Shown: positions 9,649-20,500, counted from the first letter of the stretch. The stretch is DNA of 64,000 nucleotides from Candidatus Versatilivorator sp. (GCA_965207735.1 OZ242296.1:3872001-3936000), one strand, 5' to 3'. Notes: a model not told the origin generated them from the sequence alone. Numbers and translations: made by a program.

Positions 9649-10175
9649 CGCGGACGGGTCAGCCGAGTATCAATCCTGAGTCCGAGGCCGTCAAGTGGAT
9701 GGTGAGCCGGTAGGTTATCTCAGAGGGCGACGCTCTTTCTGCTATGGGTTGGTCTTGTGACTGTGAGCTATACTGAAGGCAAGAGCTAACTGATGTCTGG
9801 CAATTTCCACATTCTGGTTCCCCCGAGGCTTAAGCGAGCCGCCAAAGACTGCCCCCTGCTTGAAGGCAACAGCAAAGCCGGGACCGTCTGATGCTCTTGC
9901 CACTTTTCCCCCTCGCCAAGCGTATCGCAGGCGACGTCCGCACCCCTCGAAGTCTGGAGGTCTGCCCCGCCTCGCCGATGGCTCCTGGGGAAGCCTCTAC
10001 GTGGGTGGCCATTCCAAGACCCTGTCCCCCACGACTACTTTGGTTAGAGAAGGCGCGGCGTGTCCGGGACCGAGGACGTTTCATGTCATTTCACCTCGCC
10101 GTGCATGGTCACAGGCTTTTTCTCTCAGAGGGCGAAGTCCCCCCTGTGGTGTTTTGGGGTGTGGGGTCTCCCCCA

Positions 10176-10310
10176 CTCGGAGACCGGCATCTTACCGATG
10201 CGCGGGAAGGCGAAACGCCTCAGGCTGGACATCCACTCTCGGTGGCGACGCCGGCCGCGCCAGCCGCCCCGCCTCTGTTCCAGCACCCGCGAGGCGGCTT
10301 CGGCGAACGT
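10176..10310 (-). pseudogene. integrase N-terminal/central fragment
   Basis: Closely matches ~13567-13701 on the same strand. Confidence 0.85.
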
Positions 10311-10354
10311 GCGGCAAGGTCTGCGAACCCGACCGGGCCGACGTCAACAGCGAC

Positions 10355-10417
10355 CGCGTCGAGGCCGCCTACCGCTGCAACGACCTCTTCGAACGCCGCC
10401 GGAATCTCATGCAGTAC
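10355..10417 (+). pseudogene. integrase extreme C-terminal fragment
   Basis: RVEAAYRCNDLFERRRNLM. Confidence 0.75.
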
Positions 10418-10523
10418 CGGTCCAAATGCTTGACCTGCGCATTGCGTCGACTCGTCACGGACGGCTCATCGCGGCGCATTTGCCGTTGCCGACGCCCGCA
10501 CCCGTTGCCTCAACCATTGACCC

Positions 10524-11522
10524 TCACCCCACAGGCCAGTAGATGCGGCGCAGCGGGACCAGCCGTCGCGTCTCGCCGTCGAGAGATTCGTAGTTCTCAA
10601 CAAGCATCTTCGCCAGGTCGTGGAGATCCAGCAGCGTCACCAGGACGTTTGCCCGGTCCGCTTCATATCTCGCTTCCTTGCTGAATCCCCCCGTGCTCAC
10701 GTAGAGGCACTTGTCGTCGATATGACGGCCACCCACGAAGCTCCGGATTCCCGGCGCGCCTACCTGATCCCCAGTCCTGTGCTTGACCTCCACCACGATC
10801 CTCGGGCTCTCGAAACCGAAGCCGTCCCGAGACGCCACGATGTCCACTCCTCGGTCCGGCCCGCGCGCTGAAATCCGGGCCTTGTAGCCCAACGCGCCGA
10901 GCGCTCCCGCAATCAGCGACTGCATCTCCTTCCAGTCCAGCCCGACGATCCGATCCTTGATGAATTCGATGCTCCTTGACTCAAGATCCTCCAGAAGCAG
11001 CTTCTCTTCCTCGTCGCCCTCCTCTTCGTCTTCCGACGGCTCCCCCTGCTCCCCTGTGGCCGCTCGCCAGACATCCTTCTCGGCCGTCTCCGGCAGTTGA
11101 AAGAGCGTCAGAGTCGATCCCAACGAGTTCTTCGTCGCGGTGGCTAACGCGTCACGTGGAACCTCCATCGCCTTCCATTCGACACCCCAGACGTTCGGAT
11201 AGGCGAGATCGAAACCTGGGTCGAACCTGTACTCTTCCTGCAGCTCACCGACCGCGTAGACGCGTCTCGTGCGGTCGTAACTGACTACGCCATCGTCCGC
11301 CTGCAGCTCCCTAGAGAAGCGGTGCAACATCCCTCCCGCATTCGCGTACCACCCCGCTCGTTCGCTCGGATACCTGTCGCGCAGCTCCGCCAGAAGCGTC
11401 TCCCTCGACTCAAACCGGCCAAGATCTCCCATGTCGGGCCAGCCAATGGCAACAAGGCCCTTGTCAATGAAACGCTGGAAAAGGCTGCCGTCACTTTCGG
11501 CTCGTACCATCCACATCGTCAT
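10524..11522 (-). CDS. Mrr-family (type IV-like) restriction endonuclease
   Basis: N-terminal MWMVRA..IGW domain; C-terminal Mrr_cat motifs GPDRGVDI..IVVEVKH..YVSTGGFS. Confidence 0.88.
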   Translation of the reverse strand: MTMWMVRAESDGSLFQRFIDKGLVAIGWPDMGDLGRFESRETLLAELRDRYPSERAGWYANAGGMLHRFSRELQADDGVVSYDRTRRVYAVGELQEEYRFDPGFDLAYPNVWGVEWKAMEVPRDALATATKNSLGSTLTLFQLPETAEKDVWRAATGEQGEPSEDEEEGDEEEKLLLEDLESRSIEFIKDRIVGLDWKEMQSLIAGALGALGYKARISARGPDRGVDIVASRDGFGFESPRIVVEVKHRTGDQVGAPGIRSFVGGRHIDDKCLYVSTGGFSKEARYEADRANVLVTLLDLHDLAKMLVENYESLDGETRRLVPLRRIYWPVG

Positions 11523-11984
11523 CTGTTGCTCTTCCTCTTTGTCGTTGTCCCAATAACTTGATCCACCCACGCCGCCGGGACGGGACCATCAACCAGTATT
11601 GATCCGACTATCGATCCGCTACCCCTGACAATCCGGCGTCACCGTCTTCCCCTACGTTCCGGCACGTCCGAAAGCCATGCATCGGCGACAGGCCCTGCCG
11701 ATCGGTTTGCGGCGCGAAACCGCTTCGCAATGTCGACACCCGTGCTTCAGGAAAAATCACAGCGCGGGATCGAGCGCGGCGCAGGTTCCCTCGATGCCCG
11801 CTGGACCCTGCATGTTACCTGCGCTCACGGCGGCATGCCAAGCAACCTGAATCGCCCGTTTGCCTCCCGCCTCTCCCGTCCCTGCCACGCACAAGGCCAT
11901 CTGCGTCTACGAGGCTGTCATCGCCTACAGATTCAGTGGGATCCACGGAGCCGACAATATCGGTTCCTCCTTGAATCACCTCCG

Positions 11985-12548
11985 TCACTGCGGTAGCGGT
12001 CTACCAAATCTCATATCAATTAAGGCCCAGTTTTGGCGAAGTTCCAAAGCCTCGTCCGTCATATTGTCAGGGTCCCCTTCAAATCTAATAGTACAAACAT
12101 ATTCCGTTCGCATGGTTGTGCCATAAACATTCTTAGAATCGAAGTGAGATGTGATTCGATAAGTATTGTTTCCAAACCGTTCAGTTGTACTTCCGATGCT
12201 GGCAAAGGGGAAGTCTGCTGCTTCAGGGGAGTCGAGATATAAGCGAACGTAGTTTCTGCAATGCATTCTGGCCTCAGTTTCAACGTAGATACGATCTCCT
12301 GGACAAAACAAGCTGCCTAATATCACTATGCCGAGCACCACAAGGCATCCATACTTAAATTCTTTCCACTTCTTCGGCTCTTCTGGCGTTAGCGTGCGTT
12401 TCTCCGTCTTTTTTTCGGCAGCCAGTCTGTCTCTGGTTTCAGCCCGCGCCTTTTCTTCCAGGTAAATTTTCCGCCGCTCTTCGGACGTTAGCCTGCTTTT
12501 CTCACCAGATCGCTGAGCAGATGGTAGAAAAGGGTTTTTCCTCATCAT
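11985..12548 (-). CDS. hypothetical single-pass membrane protein
   Basis: EERRKIYLEEKAR N-terminus, TM segment, LDSPEAADFP..FDSKNVYG domain; low GC. Confidence 0.7.
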   Translation of the reverse strand: MMRKNPFLPSAQRSGEKSRLTSEERRKIYLEEKARAETRDRLAAEKKTEKRTLTPEEPKKWKEFKYGCLVVLGIVILGSLFCPGDRIYVETEARMHCRNYVRLYLDSPEAADFPFASIGSTTERFGNNTYRITSHFDSKNVYGTTMRTEYVCTIRFEGDPDNMTDEALELRQNWALIDMRFGRPLPQ

Positions 12549-12835
12549 CTTGCAGGGCTTAGTTTGGAGTATTCAGCGCACAGAATGTGCTAGGCCCACC
12601 CTAGCTTGTCCCTTTCCCTCAGCGCACGTTCGCTTTGGACGGCTGAGCGGCAAACGTTGAGTTTGAGTATAGCAGTACAGGAACCATGGCCGAGGGTTTG
12701 CTGTCAATCAGCATCGAAACTGTCAGGGTCATGGGCATCGAAATCCCCGATCCGCAGCAAGGGCAGCGTGCCACCCCGCTCGACGGTCCCGGACGAAGAG
12801 TCTCCGGAATTGAACCATCGCAGGATCTGCCCGTA

Positions 12836-13158
12836 AGTAACTGTTCGGTCAAGCTGTGGGCTCGACCTCCTGCGGGTTTGTCCTCTATGCCAACCGAGCA
12901 ACCGACGAAGCGTCCCCCTTCCACCTCCATCGGACTGGGGGCAGAGAGCGGAGATGAAACCCGTGGAGTCGGTCCGATATGGTCGGTTCGCCATCCGTGC
13001 AGAGGGGTTTCGTGGCTAGCGAGCACTCTCGGCTGGCCTGTCCTGGGGGGCAGCCGCTACGATGGCGGCTCAGCGGCGACACCGACGCAATGTGGCTTGA
13101 TCGCTGCGGGAAGGATGCCGGTCCGACCGGTATTCCACACCTTGAGCGAACAGTTACC
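12836..13158. mobile_element. ~322-bp TIR element (MITE-like), copy 2
   Basis: AGTAACTGTTCGGTCAAGCTGTGG ... CCACACCTTGAGCGAACAGTTACC. Confidence 0.8.
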
Positions 13159-13278
13159 GTCCGCCAACGTCCTGAATGGTCCAATGGATTCCCGTTCACA
13201 AAGCGGGATTCAATAAGGGGATTGTAGCGGACTAGGTGTGAATATATCTTGTAATATCAGTTAGTTATACTAGACGAT

Positions 13279-14031
13279 CTACACCAGGAACTCGAAGGCC
13301 AGCTTGGCCACCTCCTGCGCTGTTGCTGCCCGCACCGTCCAAATGGCCGCAGCTACCTCCCGATGCGGCAAAGCCCGCATGTGCTCGGTAACGTCCTGTT
13401 GGGGACCCAGGACCGGGCCGATCCTGTCACAGGGGTTGTCGATCCTGTACTCCATGGCTACGGCCCATTCCAGGACCGCCCGCAGGCGCTGGCGCACCCG
13501 CCGGGCGCTGGAGGCCTTCCGGTGCCAGATAGGGGTGAGGATCTCAAGCAGATCGGCGCTGGTGACCTCGGAGACCGGCATCTCGCCGATGCGGGGAAAG
13601 GCGAACCTCCTCAGGCTCGACATCCACTCGCGGTGGTGACGCCGGCCGCGCCAGCCGTCCCGCTTCTGTTCCAGCACACGCGAGGCGGCTTCGGCGAAGG
13701 TGGGGATGCCCTCGGTGCGGCGTTTCTCGGCAAGGGGATCTCCGCCCTGGCGGGCGAGCTTGCGGTTGGCCAGCGCCTTCTTCCTGGCCTCGGCCAGGGG
13801 GACCAGGGCGAGACTGCCGAGACCGAGCTCCCGGCGACGGCCACGGACGACGAGGCGTTGAATCCAACTGCGGGTTCCGCTGGGCTGGACGAAGAGGTAC
13901 AATCCGTTTCCATCGGCGAATCTTCCGGGCGGAGCGGAGCGCAGAAAGGCGGCCGAAAGGGCGTTGCTGGGGTGGCGGCCGGTGGGTTTGGTTTTAGGTC
14001 GGACAGGCGCGAAGTCCGTTACAGCATCCAT
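13279..14031 (-). pseudogene. P4-type integrase truncated before the catalytic domain
   Basis: Arm-binding domain DGNGLYLFVQPSGTRSW is present; the ORF stops at LAFEFLV, just before the TAAR catalytic Arg. Confidence 0.9.
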
Positions 14032-14280
14032 CCCCCCATTATATGGGGGATGGCAGTGGATTGCAAGGGATGTTGGTAGCAAGACAAGCCACAGCAGTAC
14101 TTAGATAAGACACTCATATATAACACAGTTATAGACACTACTGGACGGCGCTAGACATCACTGGATCTTATAGGGACGTTGCGGCGGCGACAGCAGGTAG
14201 CCGTTAGTGGCATAGGGTTTTGGCCGAGTCCCCGCTCCATACAATGGGCGGCTTCTACCGGGCGAAACAGGGGTGTTCCT

Positions 14281-14435
14281 GACAAGCCGTCCCCCCGCCC
14301 TACCGGACGGATCATTCGAGAGTGAAACAATCAGAAATCGACCAATCCTTTCGCGACCTTTGTACCCCGTTGCGGTTAACCTCAACGCCTTAGTGGCCCT
14401 CCGTGGATCACTCCTTTTTCTTTGTTTCTGCGATG
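14281..14435 (+). repeat. IS110-end cassette (type A), solitary copy
   Basis: GACAAG..CGGATCATTCGAGAGTGAAACAATCAGAAATCGA...TTGTTTC, homologous to 45742-45925. Confidence 0.85.
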
Positions 14436-14555
14436 ATCGGCCGAACCACGACGCATGGAGCCCGACAGCGGCGCGGATTGCCGTCGGGTACCCCGTTTGG
14501 TATAATTTCATAAGCGTTCTTGGTCCCTGGCTCTCTTCCAACGACTCGATATTCC

Positions 14556-16529
14556 ATGGCGCCGCGCTTCAGAATCCCTGTCCTGTTGACCCTCTGCAGT
14601 CTCCTTTGGGTTGACCCCTACCCCGGGGCGGCCGAGGAGGCCAAGCCGAATCTGGAGCCGGAGGCGATGTGGCTGTTTCCCTTGGGGGGGCAGCGCGGAA
14701 CCGCCCTGGAGGTCGAGATTCGGGGGAAAGCACTGCAGTCGGCCTATGCGGTGGTTGCCGAGGAAGAGGGAATCCGGACCGAGTTCCGCGCGGTTGAGGA
14801 AATTTTGGAGGAGAGCGAAGAGGGTGCCCCGAAGCAAGATGACAAGAAGGAGCCGGAGTACCGGGTGCGAGTGGGCGTGGAAATCGATGCGGCGGCCCGC
14901 CCGGGGAACCACTGGTTGCGGGTGGTCACTCCCGGGGGAATCACCAACGGGGTCCACTTTCGGGTGAATGCGGATCGTGTGATCCGGGAGTCGGCCGACC
15001 CTCATGACCTCCCCGACAGGGCCCAGGCGATCGACTACCCGGTGGTGGTCAACGGGCAGATCGACAAGCCCGCCCAGATGGATTTCTACCAGGTTGAGGT
15101 CGCCGGGGGGCAGGAGCTTCTGTTTGAAGTGACTCGCAGCCAGGAATCGGCGGCCAACGTCTTTCGCTCCCAGATATCGATCCATGGGCGCCGGGGAAGC
15201 TGGTTCGATCCTGATCGGGTAGTGCGCCTGGCTTTCAGCGACAAGGACCGGGGGGAACGCGTCACGGCGGCCCGGGACCCCAGGCAGAGAACCGGGACTC
15301 GAGTCAGCCTGCGGCACCGGTTCGCTGAGGCGGGCCGCTACTTTGTGGAGATTGGCTCGCTGGGTGGGCAGGCCAAGGCCGATTTTGTCTACCAGTTGCG
15401 GGTGGCGCCACCGGACCAACCCTCCCATGAGACTCCGGGGCCTCGGGATTGGAGTGAACGGAGTTTCGTGCGGAAACTCACCGGTGACCGGCTCAAGCAG
15501 TTGTGGTCGAGGGGAGTCAGGGACGATGGGCCGGCCTTGGAGAACAAACCGGAGGGCGACCAGGAAGACGAAAGCTCCAAGGAGCCCGACCCGGCCCAAA
15601 TCGACCTCAAGCTCTCCGACCCTACCCTTGCCCTCGGCGTCCATTCGGAAAAGGAACCCGGGGACCGGCTGGAAGACGCCGTCGAGATTCCGGTGCCGTC
15701 AATCGTCGAGGGGGTCGTGCAACACCCCGGGGACAGCGACCTGTTCAAGTTCAAGGTTCACTCCGGACAGAAGCTGGCCTTTGAGGTCGAGACTCCCCAG
15801 TCCACTCGCCCCGATTTCAACCCCTTGCTGCAAATTATCGATTCCAGGGAACGGGACCTGTTCAGCAGCCTGCGCCGAACCGAAAAGTACCGGAGCGTCA
15901 CCAGTGTTCACCTGGTTGCGGTGGATCCCAAGGTGATCGGCACATTTGAAAAAGGGGGGGACTACTACTTGCGGGTCCGGGATGTGACTCTCAGGAAAGG
16001 CGAACCCGGCTTTCGCTACCGGGTGCTGGTCCGGCCACAAATCCCCCACGTCGGCGACATCCATCTGGAAACGCGAACGCGAGACTTCGAGGATGGCCGG
16101 GTGGACCCGCACCGCGTCAATCTGCCGGTCGGTAAAGCCGCAAAGCTCACCTTGATCATGGAGCAGGAAGAGGGTTTCTTCCTGCCCTCCAATCAGATTG
16201 CGGTGTCGGTCAAAGGCCTGCCGGCGGGGGTCGAGGCTCTTCCCGGCGCCAGCAGCTACAGATTGCCGGGTTCTCCCAAGCCGCCGGTCATCAAGGGGGC
16301 CGACCACCACCTGCCCGAGGTCCAGACCATCAGCGTGGTGCTTCATTCCCGGGACGATGTGGCGCCCACCCACCTGCCCGTCTGGGTCACGGTGACCGCC
16401 CGACCCATTGTCGGGGGCAGGCTGGGTCCCAAGCTGACGGTCAAGAAGATTCCACTGACGATCCTGGATCCCGATCCAGCCGGAAAACTGAGCCGGCTGG
16501 CGACCCGGCGACCCGGGGGTGAAAGGTAA
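14556..16529 (+). CDS. PPC-domain (pre-peptidase C-terminal) exported protein, module 1
   Basis: Signal peptide, FPLGGQRGT motif, repeated G.I..PGD.D.F.F..GQ PPC units. Confidence 0.85.
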   Translation: MAPRFRIPVLLTLCSLLWVDPYPGAAEEAKPNLEPEAMWLFPLGGQRGTALEVEIRGKALQSAYAVVAEEEGIRTEFRAVEEILEESEEGAPKQDDKKEPEYRVRVGVEIDAAARPGNHWLRVVTPGGITNGVHFRVNADRVIRESADPHDLPDRAQAIDYPVVVNGQIDKPAQMDFYQVEVAGGQELLFEVTRSQESAANVFRSQISIHGRRGSWFDPDRVVRLAFSDKDRGERVTAARDPRQRTGTRVSLRHRFAEAGRYFVEIGSLGGQAKADFVYQLRVAPPDQPSHETPGPRDWSERSFVRKLTGDRLKQLWSRGVRDDGPALENKPEGDQEDESSKEPDPAQIDLKLSDPTLALGVHSEKEPGDRLEDAVEIPVPSIVEGVVQHPGDSDLFKFKVHSGQKLAFEVETPQSTRPDFNPLLQIIDSRERDLFSSLRRTEKYRSVTSVHLVAVDPKVIGTFEKGGDYYLRVRDVTLRKGEPGFRYRVLVRPQIPHVGDIHLETRTRDFEDGRVDPHRVNLPVGKAAKLTLIMEQEEGFFLPSNQIAVSVKGLPAGVEALPGASSYRLPGSPKPPVIKGADHHLPEVQTISVVLHSRDDVAPTHLPVWVTVTARPIVGGRLGPKLTVKKIPLTILDPDPAGKLSRLATRRPGGER

Positions 16530-16534
16530 CGAGC

Positions 16535-19084
16535 ATGGGAACGAGATCCTGCAGGAAGACCGTCGCCGGCCGCCGAAAGCCGGCTGCTCTTTTTGCGATG
16601 CTGACCCTGGGGGCAGTCTGTTTCCTGGCGGTCTTTGCCCAGGCTGCCGACGTCGGAGGAACCGCGCCGGGAGCTTCCGCCCAATTGTTGTCACTCCGCC
16701 TGGTGCCCTCCGAGGTTCGGCTTCAGGGGGCCGATGCCTCCCAGCAGTTTCTGGTGATGGGAAAGTTCTCGGACGGCCTGGAGCGCGACCTCACCGCGCA
16801 GGCCGAGTTTTCCGGCTCCAAGCACGGTCTGATCCGGTTCACCGCTCACAGCCGCATCCAACCGCTTGCGGACGGCGACCTGGTCCTCACGGCCAAAGTG
16901 GCGGGAAGAACGTCCACGACCGCCATCGCCATTCGGGGATCCCAAGAGAAGCGCCCCTTCAGCTTTCCCCGGGATATCGGGTCGCTGCTGACTCAACAGG
17001 GTTGCAACAACACCACCTGCCACGGCGCCGTTCCCGGACAGGGCGGTTTCAAGCTTTCCACCAATGCCACCTATCCGCGCGACGACTACAAGTGGATCGT
17101 GGAGGGAGGGAAGTTCGAGGTCCTCATTGCCGAAGCGGAGGAACCTCCCCATCCGCGTGTGAATCTGAAGAGTCCGGAGAAGAGCCTGATTCTCCAGAAA
17201 GCCACTCTCCAGGTACCGCACGGAGGCGGGCTCCGGTTCGGTGCCGACTCCCCGCAGTACGCCAGAATCCTCCAGTGGATTCAAGCTGGGGCGCCTTACG
17301 GAGAGGAAGGTGAGTCGGAGAACATCCAGATCGAGAGCCTGGAAGTCTATCCTCGGGAGAGCGTGCTGGCTCTGGATGGCAAGCAGCAGATTCTGGTCAC
17401 GGCCCACCTCAGCAATGGCCGGCGCGAGGATGTAACCCAGCAGGTCGTCTACGAGTCCATGAACCGGTCGGTGGTGGACGTCGACGAAAGGGGCTTGGTG
17501 GGAGCCCACAAGACCGGGGAGACCAGCGTCCTGATTCGGGCGCCGGGCCGAGCCGCCGCCGTCCGTTTCGGCGTGATCGCCAATCCACTGCCCAGCTACC
17601 CCGAGGTGCCGGAAAACAACTTCATCGACCGGCATGTCTTCGCCAAGCTGAAAAAATTCAATATCGTTCCCTCGGAGCTCTCCAGCGACGCCGAGTTTCT
17701 CCGGCGGGTCTGTCTGGACTTGACCGGGACCCTGCCGCCGCCCAACCGGGTGCGCCAGTTCCTGGCCTCCCGGGACCCCGACAAGCGCAACCGGATCATC
17801 GAGATCCTGCTGAATTCACCCGAGTTCGAGGAGTTTCTATTCTTCCGGTACGGGGAGATCTTCCGCTGGTATGGCGGCGCCACCCAGTTGGGCAAGGATA
17901 CCCAGCTCTACGGGGAGTGGTTGAAACAAAGCATCGCCATCAACAAGCCTTACGACGAGTTGGCGGTGGACAGGATTGCGGCTCAGGGTTACGACGGGCC
18001 TTCCCGCTTTTTCTACCAGTTGCGGTTCATCATTCCCCCGGAGGAAATGATTGCCGAGCAGGTGAGGATCTACCTGGCCCGGCGGCTGGACTGCGCCCGC
18101 TGCCACAACCATCCCTTCGAAGCCTGGAGCCAGGATCAGTTTTGGGGGATGGCCGCCTTTTACGGCCGGATGGTGGATCTGCGTGACTCTGTCATGGACG
18201 ACTCCCTGCTGGTGGACGACCCCGCGCTCAAGGATCGGGTGGTTCATCCCAGGACCAAGAAGGTGGTCCATCCGCGCTTCCTGGATGGGCAGGAATTGCC
18301 GGAAGGCGAGCGAACCGATTTGCGGATGAAGCTGGCCCGGTGGATCGTGTCCCACCCCTATTTCGCCGAAGCTTTTGTCAATCGCGTCTGGGACTGGTTC
18401 CTGGGCAAGGGCATCGTCGATCCCGTGGACGACTTCCGCTCCACCAATCCACCCACCCACCCGGAGTTGCTGAAAGCCCTGGCCGAGGACTTCCGGGTCA
18501 ACGGCCATGACGTGAAACACCTGATGCGGGTGATCGTCCAGTCCAGGACCTACCAACTGTCGGGCATCCCCAACGAGACGAACCGGGGCGATCGCTTGAA
18601 CTTTTCTCACGCGCTGCCGAAGCCGCTTTCGGCGGCGGTGCTACTGGATGCCATTTCGCAGGTAACCGAGGTTCCCGAGAAGTTCGCCAGCGGCGATCGG
18701 GGTTTTGCCGCGGGAACGCGGGCCATCGCTTTGATGCCGGACATGCCCTCCCAGTTCATGGAGGTCTTTGAACGCAATGAGCGCAAGACGCTTCCCGAAG
18801 GCAAGCCCGAGCCCGCCCTGGCCCAGGCCTTGCACATGTTGACGGGGAAGACCTTTACCGAAAAGCTGGCGAGGGAAGGCGGGCGGGTGGACCGGCTGAT
18901 CCGGAGCGGAGCGGGAGACGGAGAAATCGTGGAGGAGCTCTATTTGTCTGCCCTGTCACGGTTTCCCACTGCCGCGGAGCGGACCCGGTTGGAAGAAATG
19001 ATCGCCGTGCGCCCTCGAAGAGAAGCCATCGAGAGCCTGACTTGGGGTCTAATTAGTTCTCGACAATTTTCGCACAATCATTAA
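16535..19084 (+). CDS. DUF1549/DUF1553 (PSCyt2/PSD1) protein with Ig-like domains, module 1
   Basis: GCNNTTCHG, NNFIDRHV, DAEFLRRVCLDLTG, CARCHNHP, VNRVW..GIVDPVDD, NPPTHPELL. Confidence 0.93.
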   Translation: MGTRSCRKTVAGRRKPAALFAMLTLGAVCFLAVFAQAADVGGTAPGASAQLLSLRLVPSEVRLQGADASQQFLVMGKFSDGLERDLTAQAEFSGSKHGLIRFTAHSRIQPLADGDLVLTAKVAGRTSTTAIAIRGSQEKRPFSFPRDIGSLLTQQGCNNTTCHGAVPGQGGFKLSTNATYPRDDYKWIVEGGKFEVLIAEAEEPPHPRVNLKSPEKSLILQKATLQVPHGGGLRFGADSPQYARILQWIQAGAPYGEEGESENIQIESLEVYPRESVLALDGKQQILVTAHLSNGRREDVTQQVVYESMNRSVVDVDERGLVGAHKTGETSVLIRAPGRAAAVRFGVIANPLPSYPEVPENNFIDRHVFAKLKKFNIVPSELSSDAEFLRRVCLDLTGTLPPPNRVRQFLASRDPDKRNRIIEILLNSPEFEEFLFFRYGEIFRWYGGATQLGKDTQLYGEWLKQSIAINKPYDELAVDRIAAQGYDGPSRFFYQLRFIIPPEEMIAEQVRIYLARRLDCARCHNHPFEAWSQDQFWGMAAFYGRMVDLRDSVMDDSLLVDDPALKDRVVHPRTKKVVHPRFLDGQELPEGERTDLRMKLARWIVSHPYFAEAFVNRVWDWFLGKGIVDPVDDFRSTNPPTHPELLKALAEDFRVNGHDVKHLMRVIVQSRTYQLSGIPNETNRGDRLNFSHALPKPLSAAVLLDAISQVTEVPEKFASGDRGFAAGTRAIALMPDMPSQFMEVFERNERKTLPEGKPEPALAQALHMLTGKTFTEKLAREGGRVDRLIRSGAGDGEIVEELYLSALSRFPTAAERTRLEEMIAVRPRREAIESLTWGLISSRQFSHNH

Positions 19085-19171
19085 TAATTTGGGGTTGGAA
19101 AACTCTATAAGAATCTGGGGGTTCGGTCAGCTCGGCCGTAACCCCGTTTCAATTAGTGTCTTTGGGGGATC

Positions 19172-20500
19172 GTGATGAACCTGCCGGAATGTTTTTCCTG
19201 TACCGGAGGCGACTTTGAGCGGCGCCAGTTCCTCAGGGTGGGCGGCCTGACGTTCCTCGGCATTACGCTGAGCGATTACTTCAGGCTGGCCGACACATTG
19301 GCCGACACCGGCACCGGTGCGCGCAAGAAGGCCGAGTCGGTCATTCTCATCTGGCTTTCCGGCGGTCCGCCCCACATGGACATGTGGGATCCCAAGACCA
19401 ACAGCAATTTCAAGCCCATCTCGACCAACGTGGCCGGGATTCAGATTTCCGAGACGCTTCCCCGGGTGGCGCGGCAGATGGACAAGTTGTCCATCATCCG
19501 TTCCATGCATAGCGAGGAGGGGAACCATCCCGAAGGCACCTACTATGGGATGACCGGACATCGCCCCAGTCCGGCCTTCCGTTTTCCCAGCCTGGGATCG
19601 ATCGTCTCCCGAGAGCTCGGCGGGCGACACAATATCCCGCCCTACGTGGTCACTCCGCCTCTCTCCTACGGGCACTCCTACATGGCGGGGAACATGGGGC
19701 CCCAGTACAACCCCATGATCGTTCCCGATCCCAGCAAGGAAGACTTCAAGATTCCCGATCTGACCTTGCCCAAGTCCCTCTCCCCGGATCTGCTTCAGGA
19801 CCGTCAGTCCTTCCTGAAGGTGGTCGATCACCATTACCGGCAGCAGGAGGAGTTTGCCCGGTTTGCCAAGATGGATACCTATCAGCAGCAGGCCCTGAGA
19901 ATGATCCTCTCGCCCAACGTCAAGAAGGCCTTTGACCTTTCGGCGGAGCCGGACCAGGTACGGGAAGCCTACGGCAAGACGCGCTTTGGACAGTCGGTCT
20001 TGCTGGCTCGCCGCCTGGTGGAGGCGGGCTGCCGCTTCGTGACCGCCGAGGGATTCAACCACAGCGAATGGGATATCCATTTCGACAACGACAAGAAGCT
20101 GTCGGAGAATCTGGCCCCTCGCTTCGATCAAGCGCTTTCGATGTTGCTGACCGAGTTGGAGGAAAGGGGTTTGCTGGAGACGACGGTGGTCATGGCCATG
20201 GGCGAATTCGGGCGAACTCCGAAAATCAACGCCAGGGCCGGTCGAGATCACTGGGCCCATTGCTGGTCGATGGTGTTGGGAGGTGGCGGAATCAAGGGCG
20301 GCCAGATCGTCGGCGCCAGCGACGAACGCGGAGCCTACGTGGCCGAGCGCGAAGTGACCATCGGTGATCTCTTCGCCACGGTTTACAAGGCCCTGGGAGT
20401 GGATTGGACCAAGACCTATACCGGTCTGGACGGTCGGCCTCTCTACATCGCCAATTCCATCGGGGACAAGCAGGGCCATCCGGTTCACGAGCTGGTTTAG
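19172..20500 (+). CDS. DUF1501 protein (Tat signal), module 1
   Basis: RRQFLRVG, WLSGGPPHMDMWDPK, LARRLVEAG, GEFGRTP, GRDHW. Confidence 0.94.
   Translation: MMNLPECFSCTGGDFERRQFLRVGGLTFLGITLSDYFRLADTLADTGTGARKKAESVILIWLSGGPPHMDMWDPKTNSNFKPISTNVAGIQISETLPRVARQMDKLSIIRSMHSEEGNHPEGTYYGMTGHRPSPAFRFPSLGSIVSRELGGRHNIPPYVVTPPLSYGHSYMAGNMGPQYNPMIVPDPSKEDFKIPDLTLPKSLSPDLLQDRQSFLKVVDHHYRQQEEFARFAKMDTYQQQALRMILSPNVKKAFDLSAEPDQVREAYGKTRFGQSVLLARRLVEAGCRFVTAEGFNHSEWDIHFDNDKKLSENLAPRFDQALSMLLTELEERGLLETTVVMAMGEFGRTPKINARAGRDHWAHCWSMVLGGGGIKGGQIVGASDERGAYVAEREVTIGDLFATVYKALGVDWTKTYTGLDGRPLYIANSIGDKQGHPVHELV

Noticed and set aside
14160-14280. tRNA/tmRNA att site next to the integrase
   Set aside because: No T-loop GTTCGA/TCGAAC or CCA-end pattern is recognisable.
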